Shown here piece after piece: positions 45,499-59,324 of a DNA stretch of 64,000 bases; position 1 is the stretch's first letter, and each line of letters starts with the position of its first letter. Made by a program: the position numbers and the translations under genes. The stretch lies in contig CT868307.1 in NCBI GenBank assembly GCA_000165425.1, forward strand, positions 372,001 to 436,000, written 5' to 3'. The notes under the pieces are model-generated. The model made no database searches and was not told the DNA's origin. It worked only from the letters and a program-made list of their open reading frames with translations. This DNA is from Paramecium tetraurelia (Eukaryota).

Positions 45499-48400
45499 AT
45501 GTAATGGATTAGAGACTATATGAATCTGATAATTTAGACCAACTTGTCACCATCATTAAATAGTGCCAAGTTCATTACTTTTTAGATTCTGATCTACTAT
45601 TTGCAACTCACACATTTCATCACTCAAAACTATGATGAAAATGTTTTCAGATTGATTAAAAACATATCAGAAATTTGTGTCTTGACTCCATTGCTTTAAA
45701 GTATCTATGCAGTAAATGTATTGACTGGCATATTGCTTATCCTCTTAAACTTATTACCCTATCTAATAATTTTGCATAGAAAATTCACAAATGAACATTA
45801 AAAAGTGGCAATCATATCCAAATCATTATCACAGGTACAAGCAAACTTAAATTAAGTATGCCACCAAGTTGGTGAATTGTTATTTCCTGTATTTCACATG
45901 GTTTCTTTACTTGCCGCAGATGCATTACATAGGTTGGAACTTTTTAAGTCAGAAGGACCTATTTCTTATTGTGATATCTACGATTATCCTTTGTATCTCA
46001 ACTGGATCTTTGTTGATTTCAAACATCTACTTCATCAATTTTGAATTTAATGAACAGTCTTTAAGAAAACATTTCACTTATTATAATTGTTATGCACAAT
46101 TATTGATCATTCCAATGGCTATCTTGAATTAAAGTGCTGAATCTTTATACTAATTGATTGGCAGAATCATTCATGGCATCATCCTATTTGTGTTAATTTA
46201 TGAGGCCTATGTCGAATTACCATTTGGGTAAATGTAATTCAATAATATTTAGGTTCTCTAAGTACTCGACCGTCTACAATCGATTATTAATTATGCATAT
46301 CTTGCTGTTTATTTTCACGTCATATCTGTATTCATCTCCTGAACAAGCCTATAGTTTATTGGCTATTATGTTAATACTCCAACCAGTCTCATAATATCTC
46401 TTTTAAACACTAATATAACACAAGAGACTAAAGACTTATCACAACACTGTAAATTAATATTATGAATTGTTAATTATAGAAGATTTCTTTGATTTAATAT
46501 AGGCTGCTTAGAAAAGCAAAAAAAGAATCATAGAGTTAATTTAGAAATTTAGTTTGCATTTGAATCGTTGTCAATCGGTTAAATGTTAATGTAAAAAAAT
46601 AGGTGCTGTAGGTGTATTAAGATAGGAAGACGCAGTCATTTTAACCTCTTGTTTGTTTAGAATTGGATTTGAAAAACATAGAAACGATTCCAAAAATTTA
46701 GAAATTTACAGTCTCAAATTTCTTACATTTATAAATAAATACAGAAATAATGCTCCGAAAAGTTATCAAGAATTGAAGATATTATTTTAAAAGAAACGAG
46801 AATATTCATTTTATTTCATTTAAATTTCACTCTTACTCTAGTTCATCTTGTAGGCTTAGATGTAAAAGGATGAGGATTACAATATCAATAAGGATACCAG
46901 GGTCTCAAATGTGAAATTGTAAGTAAGCAAAAGTGAAAGAAGTATTGTATAAACCTTATATTAAATGGAATAAATTAAATAGAATCTACTACCCTTATTG
47001 ATGTAATTGACTTAATTTAAGGTTCAATTTTGGAAGCAATATTTGGCTGGTAAATTTTCCAATTTTTCTGAAATTGAAATTGAAGTCAAAAAATTGCAGC
47101 TTTTAAAAAACTAAATCTTAAATCAACTCAAAATTTACCAACCAATATTTTATACTCATGGTCGTACATTTAATGTGCAATTCCTTAAATACAGTGCTTT
47201 GATTGATTTGCTACTATTTAACAATGTTAGGAAGTATTTTGAATTAGAAAGAGGTAATTGATAGTATTTATTTGTAGAAAGACGAGAAATATTATAATTA
47301 GAGAAGAGCATGAACTCTTTTGATATAACAAATATTAACTTTTTTAAAGGAGAAGCCATTTCAGTGAAAGTTTGTATTGCATAAGGTCCAAATATTGGAA
47401 AAGTATTAAATGAGGTCATCTCACCATTGATTCCTAAATTTTTTGGGTTTCATCATTTTGATAATCCCATGGAAGCTTTTCTAGATTTTACAAAGGGAAA
47501 TATTAATACGTTGATGCCTACTTGGTTAGAGCCTGTTCATGATGAAATTATGTAAAATTATATAAGAAGAGGAGGAACAGCCAGGATAGGTAAATACTTT
47601 TAAACTTTTGCAAAAATATATGATAAAACTTTGATTAGATGTTAAGTCTACCTGGCTCATAATTTTAGTTAGAATCTGACTGATGATTTCACTATGATTG
47701 GTTGTTTGAAATCCTTAGAAGTAGATTAACCAAAATTCATTCCAGGAAAAGAACCTAAAAAAATAAAAGATGTGGCTTTTAAAGGTACTTAACATATTTT
47801 ATTTGATGTGAATGGAACTATATTGGGAATTACATAAGGATTATATTAAATGATTGAAAGATTACAAAGGATTAAAAGCAATTAAAAGGTTGAATCATTG
47901 AAAAACCACAGTCATGAAAAGAGTAAATCTGAAAATTCATCAATTGAGAGTGAGAGTTTTGATGTGTATTAATAATAATGGTCGAATGAAATGTTAAGAA
48001 TAGATGAATTTTATTAAAAAGTGTTAATATGGATGTTGTTACCATTCGTGCCTAGGGAGATAGAATAAACTGGGATAGAATACTTGATGGATGGAGAAAC
48101 CCCGCCTAAGAATCGATATCCAAATTTAGTAGATCTAGAAACTAGTAATAGTATAGTAAGCAATAAGGAAACATATTTATTTATTCCTGAAGACATTAAT
48201 TTATTCGTATCTTAGTATGAAAAGGTGTTACAAAAAATTATGGATGATGTTCGTGTTCAATCAAACAACTTTTCTTCAGGGTCATACAAAGGAATGAAGA
48301 GTGAATATTAAGAAAGTGAAAGCCTTAGTGCCTAATAGAGTGTAACTATTTACAATGAAAAGTTGTGTAGCTTCTACTTTGATTAACATCTAAAAAGTCA

Positions 48401-51035
48401 TTAAGCCTTGTAGTTTGGCACCACAAGACAATCAGAAATACAAAAGACTTCGATGAAACCCTCTTCTTAATCATAAGTTACCTTGCATAGTGAAGAAGAT
48501 AGTGAATAACTTAAAACTAAAGCCGAAAAAATCTATTATGATAAATACACAAAATACATTGAAAAAATTACACTTTAAAATTTCAATCCTGTTCCTATAA
48601 TTTATTCTGTGAATTATGAAGAATATAGATATAAAAAGAATGATGTTGGACAAAAATAATAATTTTTTGTAATTGAATTAGTTGTTAATGAATCTTAATT
48701 ATTAACTACTATGGGATATAAGCGATAAGTAAGGGAAACCATTAAATAAGCTTGTTTAAATTTTTAATCCAAAAGACTCTTGATTGAATAATAAGTATAA
48801 ACTGAAGATTCAAATAGTGTTCAAAGCAATATTAGTGAATAAATAAGTGATCACGATGGAGAGATAATTAATTACATGTTCCCAACCCATCCGTCCCATT
48901 ATTACGAAGATCTATATTTTCAATCACCTAAACTTGATTAAGATTCTAATTAATTTCAATCAAATGAAGATAAAAATGAACCTTAAAAAAAATAGAGCAT
49001 AAATACATAGGATTCATTAATAAAAGGATCTTTTAAATTGAAATTCCCTGAAAGGAATCTAGCCTTGAAAACTATGAATAAATATTTGGATAGGAAGAGA
49101 TAGCAAGATTTCTTTAATGAGACTGATTCTAAGCTGGCTATTGATAGTCGAGCTTCCCAATAATAAATTTAAGAAGAACATTAAGTCAAATATTCTGAAA
49201 ATCTGAAACTATTTGACTAGAATTATAAATCAATTCATTCTAAAATGGAAATCTTTAAAAATCCAACCTCTTTTAAAATCTAAAAATATCTCCTATATTT
49301 TGTGCTCTTTTTGATAATTGGATATATTATCCTATTAACAATAGCTGTTTTACAACAATATAACTTTAATGAATGTTTTGATTTAATTGAATTGATGCTA
49401 TCAACTCAATAAAGCTATTCATAAATTACACATGGACTTTTTCGTTTAGAATTATCAAATAAATTTAGTATCGATAAAAATTTAACAGAATTCTATTCTC
49501 TTTAAATTGATTCTAATCTCCAAAATTTAATCAATCTACAAAGTGAATAATTGATTAATATCAATTAAATTAACTTTAGTGTCAATTAGTTTTATAACAT
49601 AGAATACTAGATGATTCTCAATCCTACCTTGCAACAGACTATTTAGATGAGTTTGGCTTAATTTTATAAAATCAAAAATAATTCAGCTAATAATTCATAA
49701 GTTGCCCTAAATTCAATAGCTAATTTAAAGGAAATAGGATAACTACCTAAATTAGCATACGATAATTGTTATGATGATCAAGTATAAAATGAAGAACAAC
49801 TTTAATCCTTATTGACAATATATATGCTAATTATTTTCTTTTTGGTAATGTTATTACAGTTTTTGTAAGTTCCCTTGATATCAAAATTAAAAAATGATCA
49901 TAGGAGATTATACAAACTAGTGATCAAGTTATAAATATATGAAGTGCAAGATGAAATTGAGACATATGAGCATATTTTGTCGATATTCAAAAAGTCATTA
50001 TACGAATGGATGTTAATTGATTTTGTATAAGAAACCAGAATGTTCGAAAATAGTCTTGATAATATATAGTTTTAAACTTAACAATTAACCGATTAGAGCT
50101 AAAATCTTCTGCTTAATAATAGTAATAAAAAAAATAAATTTAAATTATTAGAGAAGTTGAAAAAGTAACGCATCAATTAGTTTAAATATATCATAATATT
50201 GATGATGGGATTAATAGTTATACTAGCCTATTTTTTAATTATTTTCTTTGTTATTTTTATACTATCGCAATAATTATTTGCAAATGCAGATTTCCTATTC
50301 AAATTTAAATTAATCCAATCTTACTTTATCAACATTATCAATAATATTGATTTAGTATCCTATAATACATATGATCAATAAAGTTTTATAAATCTTATGA
50401 GTCAAGAGGAATTTAATAATTATTCGTTATCATTAAAAAGTGATTAGTAAGACTAATATATTGAATTCAACAATAATTTTGCTTCAATTGTGAGCGATGA
50501 ACAATTACAGTACAATTTACAATAAATCAACGAGAATAACATATGTCTGGATTAAATTGGGATTGCTTGTAATGAAACTGATTCATTTAAACTGAATCCT
50601 AACATCCTCTAGTATTATTAGCATGGCATGAAGTATTTAATCACTTAAATTGATAAATTAATTGAATCATAACCGCATTTTTTCTACGATAGTATTAATA
50701 ACAATTCTTTCAAATAAGTTTAAGATTTTTATAGCAATAATGATCATATCGTATACATTGACTATGGAAGTGAAATCTTAATTTCAGCATATGCAAAATT
50801 AGTTGAAACTGCACACTAAGAGTTTGATTAAGCATTAACAATATACAAATAAACACTGCTGATATTCATTTTGAGTGTGGGAATGATGGGATTGTTGATT
50901 ATTTCGATGTTAGGTAGATTATTACTGAATATGCAACAAGATTCTATTAGTACTTGCTAATCATCACTTCTTCTCATTTCTCCTAAAAGATATTTGAATC
51001 AAAATATAGCATAATTAACATAGAAAAAAAGATGA
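45499..51035 (+). CDS. Large multi-pass membrane protein of TmcB/PAS-like type (more divergent)
   Basis: MQWIRDYMNLIIQTNL... with an N-terminal TM block, PAS-like NINTLMPTWLEPVHDEIMQNYI, C-terminal TMs and ...SLLLISPKRYLNQ...KKR-TGA. Confidence 0.75.
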
Positions 51036-51180
51036 GTGATTTTTTATCTTATCCATTTAAAAATTAGGACATTATTTTTTCTATTCCTGAATTTATTCTT
51101 ACCACATCTGATTGAAGTTAAGAATTAGTTGTTGTTATTATAGTAAATATTATTATAAGATTGAAAAAATATTTTAATTA

Positions 51181-52882
51181 ATGAACCCAACTTTCAAATA
51201 ATCACAACAAATAGAGAATAGCAGTAATATTATGGGCAGTAGCGCTGGATTCAATAGAAAAATCAAATTAGCTTCGTAAAGGCCTGGCAGCAGGGACTAA
51301 AAACTAAAAACTGGAGAAATGTAATTTGAAAATGTTTACCTTAATAGATTTCCTCAATTCTAAGATCCATTAGCCACCAATCCCTTTAATTTGCAAAGTC
51401 TTAACCTCTATTAAGATGAAAATACTTTTATTACAACTATGAAAGCAGAACTTCATTAAATACAAGAAGGAATCAATAAATTAGATTTTGATGGAAGAGT
51501 ACTAATAAACAATTCAATTTTAGATTCGAAATAACGACCCAAGACAAGAATATAGGTTACAATAAGTGAAAAAGTGGGTTGCTTAAAATTCTTAATCTAA
51601 ATTAGCACTTGAAAAGTTAAACAATATTGAGATCTCATAACTTCTTACTATATTAGATGTTCAAACTTTAGAGTAATGATTGTAATATTATTTAAGGGAA
51701 GCTATTGTCAAACTTTACAAATTCATATCTATCATGGATAGTGTAATTATGAAAGTTACAGAGTATGAGGCAATTCATTTGATCAAATTTGATGAGTTGT
51801 TTAGTTCATTGTGTCCTAACTATTAGGAAAACTTACAATAAATATCTGTTTTGAAATTTCCAATTGCTATTTCTAATATAAATCGAATGACTGAATTATA
51901 TTAAGTTAAATAAGATAAGAATTAACAATAAAAGCTTATAAATGATAATAGTAATAATTAGGGCCTTCTCAAATAAATTAAACAAAAAGATGATTAAATT
52001 AGCGAATTAAATAAAACAATTAAACAATTATAATTACAATTATAAGCAAGTATGAAAGGAAATAACAATAATAATAATACTAATAACAATAATAATAGTA
52101 ATAATAATAATAATAATAAAAACGAAAATTCTTAAGAACAAATTGATTAAATAAGGAATGAATATGAAATTGCGTTACAGAAACAATCAGAGACTTTAAA
52201 TTTAAAACATGAAAAAGAGATAGAGATGTTTTAAACTTAGATTGAATAGTTTTAGAAATAATTAACATAATTAAAAAATCATTATGAAAAATAAATATCG
52301 GATTTAGTATCATAAAGTTAATAAGACTAATTAAACATAAAATCTTAATATGAAGATAAATTAAAATAATAGTAATAATAACAATAATCATAATAGTAAT
52401 AATAATAACAACAATCATCTTAAATTCAAACTTAAACTAATACACAATAATAATCAAATGGCAATGCTAAAGATCATAATTATTATCAAAAAATTTTGGA
52501 TAATGCGCAACTAGAGTATAATGAAAGATATAAATCTTTAGAAAATGTAATCTTATCTTTACAATATAGGATTTAATTAAATTAAGGAATTAATTGACAG
52601 AAAAATAAACAATAATTGAAAGTCTTTAAAGAGAAGTTCAGCAATGGAAAGAAACAATTGATAGATTAAATAAAGTTAAGGTAATTTGAATAACTTAATT
52701 TAGGACGAAATCTATTAACAATTTTAAAAGCGATACACAACATAAGAGCAATTTTCAAATTCATATGAGGCAGCCTTAAAATTAGAATTTGAAACCATGA
52801 AAAAATCTTTTGAATAAAAAATATAAAAATACTAATAGGACTTGGAATCTCAAAGGAGAGAGGCAGGAAGATCATTAAATGA
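51181..52882 (+). CDS. Hypothetical coiled-coil protein with poly-Asn tracts
   Basis: MNPTFKQSQQIENSSNIMGSSAGFNRK... with Q/K/E heptads and an AAT-repeat tract in frame as Asn. Several introns are probable. Confidence 0.65.
52061..52117 (+). repeat. Imperfect (AAT)n microsatellite encoding poly-Asn
   Basis: aat aac aat aat aat aat act aat aac aat aat aat agt aat..., in frame with MKG before it and KNENSQEQ after it. Confidence 0.8.
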
Positions 52883-53117
52883 AATACGAGTGTAATTGGA
52901 AAGAGAGTAAGAAACAAAAAAATTATTATTGAATAAACTTAGTTTATATATTTGAAATTGATATTAAAAAATAATGATTAAGATTGCTCTAGTTAATAAA
53001 TAATCTGATTTCTAATTCAGTATAAGTAGTGGATTTTTAAATAAGAAGAATTTCTAGAATAGAACTAATAGTTATTATTCATTAATTTTGTACTATTTAA
53101 AATAAATTAATGTTGTC

Positions 53118-54865
53118 TCATATCTTTAATAATGAATCCAAATAAACTTTTAAAGCTTAGCCTGCTAATTTAGAATCTGGGATTTTTTAGGTTGTACCAT
53201 ATAAAGTTCCCATTTCTCCACCTTTTTAGTATACTTATGGATTTGCTTTAATCTAAATTATAAGATCTTGATTACTTTTTCAATTGCTGCCTTAATATCA
53301 TGGACATATTATTTAAGATTAACAATGTTTTGTTGGGTTAAACTAATATGAACACCTGCTGGATTTTGTACACTGCTAATTGTCCAACCTTAATGAGTTA
53401 AGATTTCATGAATGGAATAAGCATTAAGCCAGCTTTCTTTGCTCATGAAAGCAACACAATTAATTTAAGGGTTTCCAAAAACTTTAATTTCTGGTATTTC
53501 AGATAATTATTTAGCCAAAGATTAGGTTGCATCCATTATTTTTTTACTGTATTCTACATACTTTTTCTTACCAATAGATTACAGAGTGAACCATGCACCA
53601 GCGGCACCAACTCCACACTTAGAGCCTTAAATACTTGGTACAGCATAAGCTCCTCCTGACCAAGTTGCAATCGAAAAGAAAGCATGTTCACGTAATTACT
53701 TAGTTTTAAACAAAACAGTTGAAACCCCTTTAGGAGCTAAGCCATGCTTATGTTAATCACATGAAATAGATGTGACGCCATCCAAAGTGAAATCAAATTT
53801 ACCTAGATCAAACCCATGATCTTTTGCAAAAACAGCAGTGAATCCTCCCAGACATGCATCAACATGTAAGCCAATTTTCTTTTTTTTAGCAATTGATGCT
53901 AATTCTTCTATGGGATCACAAGTTCCAAATCCAAAATTTGGGAGAGATCCAACAATACAAACTGTATTAGAATCAATTTGACTTCTAAGATCATTAACAT
54001 CTACTTAAAAGGTTGTATTATTAATTTTAGCAATTCTTACTTATATTTTAAAATACTCTCCTGCTCTATAAAAAGCTGCATGAGCTGTTTCAGGTATGAC
54101 TCTAAAATAATTTGAATGTTTACATATTGGGTTAACGAATTCCTTTTTATGATTCTCCCCAATTTCTGTATGCTAACATAGCTAAAAGGATTGACTCTGT
54201 TCCTCCAGTTGTGAGTATACCTATACTTTCTTTTTCTTATCCAAATAGATCTCCGGTCATTCTAATAACTTCTGCTTCCATCTGCCTTGTTGCTGGCCAA
54301 AGATCAGCATGCATTGGATTTGAATACAGAAAATGCTTACAAAAATCTTAAGCATTTTTTATAAATTATTTATCTGGCATTACGTACAATGATCCAGACA
54401 CTTTACCGCTGCCATAATTTTTACTATCTCTTTCTATCCAATCCTTCATTTTTTCCATCATAGCCTCAGTATCAACTCCATTATCAGGAAGCTTTAATGT
54501 TTTTTTTGTTGTCATCTTCTCCATTGAATCATTGAAAGATTGCAAAGCCTCAGATTTCTTCTTTTCAATGTAGGAGTTGACTCCTGGACAATAGTTTACC
54601 AGGAATAGAAATATTTAAGCCTAAAAGTATCCAAACAAACCTAGATATGAGATATATCCTTACTTTGATTGTAATCTCTGTTTGGAAATTTCAGATTTCT
54701 TAATGCCCATAGTCCTGACACACACAAAATTGCCACCAATACTGCAGTATCAAAAACATCGAAAGACCTTGTGTATTCTTGCATTGGTGTTTGTTTGTAA
54801 AACTCCTTGATATATTGCTTAAAGACATTATATTCCCGAATAACTATCGGCAATAATTATTCCAT
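53118..54865 (-). CDS. SPL: Sphingosine-1-phosphate lyase (PLP-dependent)
   Basis: KVSGSLY, YSNPMHADLWPATRQMEAEVIRM, TTGGTESILLA, PETAHAAF, PNFGFGTCDPIE, LHVDACLGGF and PLP-lysine motif SISCDQHKHGLAPKG. N-terminal TM. Intron at 54102-54123. Confidence 0.95.
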
Positions 54866-54924
54866 TATTAAAATAAATCATTATATTTAAGTTAAGTATT
54901 TTCTATCTTTCCTAGAAATAAATT

Positions 54925-57700
54925 ATGCGTCTCTATTCTTTTTCTGAATCAAGACAGGCGAAAATAGTATATATTGGTTAGAATTTGTATTCGAACTCTA
55001 AGTAGTTTCCTTTAATAACTCACATGGTTTCGAGGACTTTATTGTTTTGTAAGAATCCACTGAAACATAGTCTGATAATGAGTTCTCCACTACGATTAGC
55101 TATACAACTTACTGTCAACAAATTAAATAAGGAATTGAGATAATTGATCAATATCTTTGGACTGCTCAAATGAAGTTATCGCATTCATGAATCTGCCATT
55201 ACCTTTTGTGATTAAATAATCTGTTACGATTACACTATTAGTACCTTTTAGTATGCCCTTCTAATCTAAAGAGATTGTATTGTTCTAATAGAGAGTATAG
55301 ATTAAGTATAAAATTCTCGCCTCATTGGATTCAAATTGATTCATATAATTATATTTTATTTTAGATTATACTCTATCTCTAATAATTCTAAATTTGAAAT
55401 TAATACTCACTCTGCGACTTCACAGTTTTTAGACGCCAAACTCAATTTCGAATTGGAAATATGTTCTATTTCATATCGAATCTTCAAGATTAGATAATAT
55501 TAATATAATAAATATATTCTATCTATTTTGAAACTTAAAACTTGAGATCTTTTAACAAATCTAAGCAATAGTGAAATCAAAATCTATATTGTGATACCAA
55601 AAATTAAAAATAACCTAGTTTCCATAACAAAATTCATAATTTTTCAATTCAATTAATGTCATTTACATCCATTTCCAATCCTTTTTTAAATCTTTTCTAT
55701 AATTTGTAATGTGTGAATTAATTTAGTGTAATTCTATAATATAGGGTTTTCCTAAATGGACTAACTAGAACTAATAATGAAAATAATTTATAAACAAGTA
55801 TTTTTTTCGGATCTTTCAAAGCCTAATCTTTTCCATTCCCAAATTTAACTTTGTTGTTGTAATTTCTAATCACATAACTAAGTTTCCATGTCTATTATCC
55901 ATAATAATAGTTTTTTTAAAGATGTTAATCAAGTGTTGAAAGATCCTTATTTATTACGCTGGTGTTAAAGGTTAATTTAAACAGCTTCCTAAAGGATAAT
56001 AGAATACTCTCTATAATGTCTTTATTACACAATCTTTGCATTATTCATTATGCAAATTAAAAAATTTAGCCTGAGGTGAATGTGACTGTTTTGTAATATT
56101 TCGAGTAAAGCTATTCTTTTATCTTCAATGATAGGTCTTAAGAAGAAATATTCTCTTTTTTTTTGGATTTTGGAATCAAATATTTGTAAATTTATAAAAT
56201 AATTATCTAAATTCACATAAATTACTAAAATATTACAAATTTCACAACATTTAATTAATCAATAAATCCTTCATCTAAATCTTGTCATTTTTATTCGGAG
56301 ATTCCTTGCCTTGGATTACAATATCCATTATTCATTTTACAAGATGCAAGAATCAAAACATAATATATCTAAAGTAATGAATTACAATAACTAATTTGAT
56401 TTACTTCAATAAATTTCTTATTTTTTTGGTTATATTAATTAACAAAATTTGGGAGTGTTGATTATCTAAATTCGGATTGAAGAGTTGCTTTATTTCAGAC
56501 TATATCTATATGGGATTATTTCATTGAGGATTTTGAGAGTAAATCTTTTCACATTATAAATTCCTTATTTCTATTATCTAACCAATTTTCTTTAAACAAT
56601 CCACAGGAATCATTGGAATATTATTTTATCAATTATAATTGAATAGTCTACTATTTTAGAGTGAATCTTTGCTATAAATATAATTTAATTTGTAAATAGA
56701 TTTAAATGAATTACTCTAAAATATCCAATTTCAATGATTTATTACTTTATATTAAAAATATAGTTATACAATATTCAGTTATTTTCATAACTTTGTTTAA
56801 TATTTAAACTTATAGAATTAATTGAAAAACTAAAGAAATTTAAAAGCTAAAGGATTTACAAAAATCTATATTAGATCGAGTTCTTATTTTTGATTAAATT
56901 AAATTTCTAGCATTGATTAGTATAATAATTAGTTATAGTAAGAATTTAATTATGAAAAAAATTAGTCAAGCGTCTAATTCGAATTCTTCTTACTCAGTTA
57001 GATCGATTACATGAGTGCCATAGTGTTGCTGCTTTGCTAGAAATTCAGAACACACTTCAGAATTAATGAGTTAATAATTACTAGATGATATGAAATATTA
57101 TTTACCTGCCTAATTCTTATAAAAACTATTAAATTCCGATGGCTCTTTTTTTCAAATTATTTGGACATAAGTTTCCAAAGAAAAGTTTACCAGGGAATGT
57201 TAGTTTAACATCATAATATTCCTTAAGTTTTTAATAGAATTGCTATAAGGTGCTATAGCGTATTTCCATAATCCATATTTTTCCTTACTCATTTACCTCA
57301 ACCTATAAAATTGATAGAAATTGAATAATACTTGATAGCAAGCAAAGTTTTTATAAACTTTTACTGTTTGCATCTTAAATTTAACATATTGGATTGATCT
57401 CTTCCTCTAATTGTTCAGAAATGATAAAATTGGAAGATTGTTTTAGTCGAGATTTTATTCTGAATTACTTGAAATACTTGATATCATCAAATATATAACG
57501 ATCTTTATTTAGTTGTAAAATAAAATATTTAAATAGAAAATAGATAATTAATAAGCTTTAGTTGTTAAAGAATTATTAATTTCCACAAATAGAATTTGAT
57601 TCTATATCATAATCTTATATTTTGATTCCAATTACTAACCTTATTGTAGGTTAAGATCTAAAGATTTTACTCTTAAAATTCTTGAAGAAAAATTTCACAA
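54925..57700 (+). pseudogene. Probable decayed gene (fragmented reading frames)
   Basis: It begins with a plausible ATG ORF, but each frame I followed meets TGA within about 50-100 codons with no obvious rescuing intron. Composition is still coding-like in patches. Confidence 0.35.
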
Positions 57701-58419
57701 ATAAATTTTATATCATCATTTATATTTTATCAAAATAATAAATAATCTAAATTTGGTCAATAAATTCATTAATAAAGATAGTTTATAATAATTATAATAA
57801 ATTTATACATAATTAATATAAAAACCATATATAATGAAAATATTGCAAACAAAAAATATTAGGGTTTGCTATTATTTACAATGCTTTTGATTTGGTATAA
57901 AGATCATAGTAATTGATAAAATTTGATGCGTCAACAGGTTGTTTTAGAAATTGATAAAGATAAAGCGTAAATAATACTCATTAAATGTATGCAGAAACTG
58001 AAGTAATTGTTTGATAAATTTAATAAGCGATTCAAATTTAAAGTTATTTAGATTGATTAACAGTTTTGAATCAAATTTTCAATTTAAAATCACCAATATC
58101 TAATTTATAAATAGCATTGGCAATTTCCAAGATTCTGGTATAATCATATTTAAAAATTTGTAAACTTTATATAGAATAATTAACCATTAAAATTATTTTA
58201 TTATATGTATTTTATATAAAAGTAGATGAAGTAATTTTGAATACAATTAATTTTCAGAATATAGAAATTTTATGTTTGATATGTAAATTACATCGATATT
58301 TTCAATGCTAAAGAATAAGTAAAATGTAGATATTTAAAAAGTCAGAGCTGAAGGAATATGATTGAAAAAGTTTTATAAATTTACGTAATTTAATTAAGTT
58401 ATTATCTTTGTCTTTGAAT

Positions 58420-59043
58420 ATGGGAGGAGCATGTTCTGGAACAAAATAACCATAGCAAAAATAGAAATAACAATAATAAGAATTAAAGATAATTGAATAA
58501 CCATATTTACATGTTCAATCAATGAGCTAACCATAATCAAGACCATCAGAATAAAGAGGAGAAACTGGCCCATGTGTTAAGGAATTGCTTTATTGTTATA
58601 AAAGATTTACAGATTTTTTAGAATTGGTAGGTAATTTGGATCATTTGGCAACTCATGCAAGAGAATAATTGAATAATTGCATTATCCAGAGATCCAATAT
58701 AAATATACTTATATAGAATAGTATAAAAAGAATAATGAAGGAGTAAAAAATAATAAAAAGAGTTGAAGAAAGTGATTATTATTTAATTCATAACGACAAG
58801 AAATTTGCCGTCACCTTTGTGTAATTAATGTAAAAAATATCAAATATAATATTGACTGAACTTTAATCAGATTCAAATTTTTAGGAAGCTTTTCCAATGT
58901 TGATTGTTTCATTTGTTGATTTAGCGACATAGATAATTAAGGAAATAGAAAATTTTTAAAATTTCAAAACTCCTTCCGTCTAGAAATAGAATACTAAACC
59001 TCCAATATCTTAAGATAATTATTAGGCGTCAACTAATAAATGA
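58420..59043 (+). CDS. Hypothetical protein with predicted N-myristoylation/palmitoylation
   Basis: Intronless 207-aa ORF beginning MGGACSGTK (Gly2, Cys5, Ser6). Confidence 0.8.
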
Positions 59044-59324
59044 TTTCTTTTTGTAATAGTGATTATACCTATAAAATTAAATTATAGATTGTTGTAATTT
59101 TTGATCTCATGCTTGCGTATCTTCACTTTTAAATATTATGTATATGAAATTAATAGTTTTATAAATTTAGATTTAACTAATTAATTATTTTCAAAGTAAC
59201 TTATTGATATTTATCATTATTTACAATCAAAGTATTTTATTTGGAGGGCTTAATTAATTTAGGATAGGGAAAAAGTTCTATTTATTTAGAGTTTATAAGA
59301 AAATAAAATATAATTTATTAATAA

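Noticed and set aside
52080..52418. Minus-strand ORF with poly-Ile and poly-Tyr
   Set aside because: It is the antisense reading of the (AAT)n poly-Asn tracts.
54925..57700. Internal TGAs as selenocysteine or programmed read-through
   Set aside because: The stops come with frame changes, no redox motif is seen, and no SECIS-like hairpin was recognised. Decay is the simpler explanation.
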